DNA from: Akkermansia muciniphila
Lineage (GTDB): Bacteria > Verrucomicrobiota > Verrucomicrobiia > Limisphaerales > F1-80-MAGS106
DNA: 64,000 nt
Assembly: GCA_945865375.1 (NCBI GenBank)
Contig: CAMBEJ010000007.1
Span: 1,870-65,869, forward strand
Reading direction: 5' to 3'
Shown here: positions 61,964-64,000 of the stretch, piece by piece
Numbering within the stretch: position 1 is the first letter of the stretch
Layout of the letters: every line of letters starts with the position of its first letter
Notes under the pieces: model-generated
The model's input: only the letters and a program-made list of their open reading frames with translations
Told to the model about the DNA's origin: nothing
Database searches by the model: none
Position numbers and translations under genes: made by a program

Positions 61964-62785
61964 TCAGCGGCCGAGGGCTTCAAACGGCAGGTTGAGGATG
62001 TGGTATTGCTTCCAATCCTTGTAGTCGAAGTGCCACCATTCCGCCGAATAGACCGTGAATCCCTCCGCTTCCATCGCTTTGCGGAGCAGATCCCTCAAGG
62101 CCCTCGCTTCGAAAGCCCCGCCCGCATAGGTCGGAAAAGCTCGCTCCGTAAACTCGTCATATTCGCTCGGCATTGCTACGGCCAACCCCGTCTTCAGATC
62201 TATCAGGCTGAGATCGACCGCACAACCCCGATTGTGCCTGGATCCCTTGCGGGGGTTCGCCACGAACTCGATCTTCCTCTCCGCATCCGTTGCTGAATCC
62301 CAGAATATCTTTGTCACGGACCAGGGACGATAACCATCGAACAACAACACGCCGTAACCCTGTGATTTGAGAGCTTTTTGCGCCCGCACCAGGGCTTCCG
62401 CAGCAGGTCTTTGCAAAAACGCCCGAGCCTGCGCATAGACCGGGCGGTGTAGAAAATTGTTCGTGGTAGCATACCGGATATCGAGATGAATGGTGGAGTC
62501 CAGCTTGACCACCTCCACAAGGTCGGATTCCTTAAATTGACCCCGCTCCTTGGGTGGCCCGTGCTGGCAGCCCGCAAACAGAGCCGCGAAAAGAATCGCA
62601 ACGGAACACAAAGTGGACAGGGTTGAGGACGGAATACGCTTCTGGATCACCTCGCCAGAGATGAACCCGGAAACGGGAGTGGATCCAGGGATAACCGAGG
62701 ATGAAAGCGGATCATGAGGCTTTGTGACGGATGGCCTCTGCACCCGGGTAGTGAGCTGATCTCGGTTCTCAGAATCTGTGTTCAT
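61964..62785 (-). CDS. D-alanyl-D-alanine dipeptidase (peptidase M15D, VanX/DdpX-like), probable lipoprotein
   Basis: DIRYATTNNF, GYRPW, SRHNRGCAVDL and EWWHFDY zinc/catalytic motifs. Lipobox-like LFAGC. Start at MNTDSEN abuts the upstream stop. Confidence 0.82.
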   Translation of the reverse strand: MNTDSENRDQLTTRVQRPSVTKPHDPLSSSVIPGSTPVSGFISGEVIQKRIPSSTLSTLCSVAILFAALFAGCQHGPPKERGQFKESDLVEVVKLDSTIHLDIRYATTNNFLHRPVYAQARAFLQRPAAEALVRAQKALKSQGYGVLLFDGYRPWSVTKIFWDSATDAERKIEFVANPRKGSRHNRGCAVDLSLIDLKTGLAVAMPSEYDEFTERAFPTYAGGAFEARALRDLLRKAMEAEGFTVYSAEWWHFDYKDWKQYHILNLPFEALGR

Positions 62786-63537
62786 CCGGCCGCTTCTGCT
62801 TCTAATTGTCTCAGAACCTCCGGGTCTCGCACGTCGACCCATCGACCCTGGATGCGGCATCCCGCGAGCGCGTGCCCCGCGTCCACGAGCGCGGAGATGG
62901 CATCGGTAATTTCATACTCACCGCGGGGAGATTTGTGAAGACGCGCTGTGAATTCGAACACGACCGGTTTGAAAATGTAAATCCCCGCGTTGTACCAGGC
63001 TGGGTCGCCGCTTTTCAGCCAGCCTTGCTTTTGAAGTGCCTCAAGCTGAGAGATGCTCGGTTTTTCAACGATTTTCTTCAGGCGAAACGCCTCGTCGAAG
63101 AAGTTGATGGCGCCCTTCGTCACATCCTCTCCTTGCGTGACTGTGAGCAGACCTGAAAAAGCATCTTCCCCAAACCGAGAGATCATCTCCGCGTAAGTTT
63201 CGGGCCGGACGAGGATGTCTCCGTAGGTCAGCAGGAAGGAGTCCGATCCGATAAATGCCCTGGCAACCTCGGGCGCCTTACCGGTGCCGTCCTGGACTTC
63301 TTGATGGGCGTACTCGATGCGCATCCCGAGTCGCGAACCGTCTCCAAAACAGGCTTTGATTACCTCCGATTTCCAGCCCACGACGATGCAGGCATCGAGA
63401 ATGCCAGCCATCTTGAGTCCTGTTAGAATGTGCTCGAGGATGGGTTTCCCGTGGACGCGTAGCATGGGCTTCGGCAGCTCGTCTGTGAGCTCGCGCATAC
63501 GAGTTCCTTTGCCTGCGGCGAGGATTACGGATTTCAT
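62782..63537 (-). CDS. Sugar-phosphate nucleotidyltransferase (NTP_transferase family)
   Basis: MKSVILAAGKGTRMRELTDELPKPML signature. Start moved to this Met. Confidence 0.78.
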   Translation of the reverse strand: MKSVILAAGKGTRMRELTDELPKPMLRVHGKPILEHILTGLKMAGILDACIVVGWKSEVIKACFGDGSRLGMRIEYAHQEVQDGTGKAPEVARAFIGSDSFLLTYGDILVRPETYAEMISRFGEDAFSGLLTVTQGEDVTKGAINFFDEAFRLKKIVEKPSISQLEALQKQGWLKSGDPAWYNAGIYIFKPVVFEFTARLHKSPRGEYEITDAISALVDAGHALAGCRIQGRWVDVRDPEVLRQLEAEAAG

Positions 63538-63593
63538 TGGGTAGGCTGAGCAACGGGGATGGTTCAGGATGGTTGAACGGTTGCATCTTGAAT

Positions 63594-64000
63594 TCAAGCG
63601 CCGAACTTGTCGAACATTCGCGCGTTGGCCTGCATGTAACGCATCAAAAAACGGGCTTCAAAAACCCCAAGAGACCCCAAGTTGGCGCCGGTCTCTGAAA
63701 AACGCTCCAGTTTGTCCGACCCAGAACAGTCGGAGTGCAGCAGGACCGGCTGTGGATGCCAGGAATGGCCTTTCATGAAACAGGGTGTCGAATGATCTCC
63801 CGTGATGACCAGCACGTCCGGCTTTTTCCGCAGCAAAATCGGCAGGGCTGCGTCAAACTCTTCGATCGCCCGTTTCTTGGCTTCAAAGTTTCCATCCTCG
63901 CCGTGCATGTCCGTGTACTTGTAGTGGATGAAAAAAAAGTCGTAATTGTCGTGCTCCGCGAGATAAGTCTCGAACTGCTCGCTGATGGTTTCTGCCCCTT
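63594..64000 (-). CDS. Cofactor-independent phosphoglycerate mutase, ApgM-type / metalloenzyme superfamily (3' part; gene continues beyond the window)
   Basis: The frame stays open to position 64000 (...DNYDFFFIHYKYTDMHGEDGNF...ITGDHSTP...). Confidence 0.7.
   Translation of the reverse strand, partial: GAETISEQFETYLAEHDNYDFFFIHYKYTDMHGEDGNFEAKKRAIEEFDAALPILLRKKPDVLVITGDHSTPCFMKGHSWHPQPVLLHSDCSGSDKLERFSETGANLGSLGVFEARFLMRYMQANARMFDKFGA

Overview
GC-rich bacterial chromosomal segment. The gene content fits the PVC superphylum, most likely Verrucomicrobiota: a PVC-type heme-binding CxxCH dehydrogenase-like protein, a prepilin-like FTLIELLVV protein and giant LTD/CotH proteins. This placement is an inference; no search was run, and all homology calls are from memory. 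Housekeeping blocks: (1) thuA-like, myo-inositol oxygenase and thiS. (2) An 11-12 gene respiratory operon: a complete alternative complex III (actABCDEF), then a small membrane protein, a cbb3-oxidase-like module (CcoN-like, CcoO-like, mono-heme cytochrome c) and a GlcF-like Fe-S protein. (3) Asparaginase and an M20 amidohydrolase. (4) eda, ROK glucokinase, Dabb and yebC. (5) gltBD. (6) xylA, an FAD oxidoreductase, a triple-USP protein, a Pat-like acetyltransferase, vanX-like, a nucleotidyltransferase and partial apgM. Accessory or decayed parts: a HepT/MntA toxin-antitoxin islet with an orphan Phd-like antitoxin, a hepT fragment and a truncated adenylate cyclase; three relics of a Y1 (IS200-like/RAYT-like) transposase-like family; a truncated moxR; several structured intergenic repeats built from tandem 7-8-mers; a DUF4160-DUF2442 fusion cassette bracketed by an exact 13-bp direct repeat; and a cluster of three giant secreted proteins (two CotH/LTD, one metallophosphoesterase). 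Most notable observations: (a) a SelW/Rdx-type gene with an in-frame UGA in a CxxU motif and a perfect SECIS-like hairpin, which the ORF track truncates to 60 aa; (b) the CcoN-like subunit, intact and translationally coupled, appears to have lost every canonical heme/CuB histidine ligand. No rRNA, tRNA or CRISPR array was seen.
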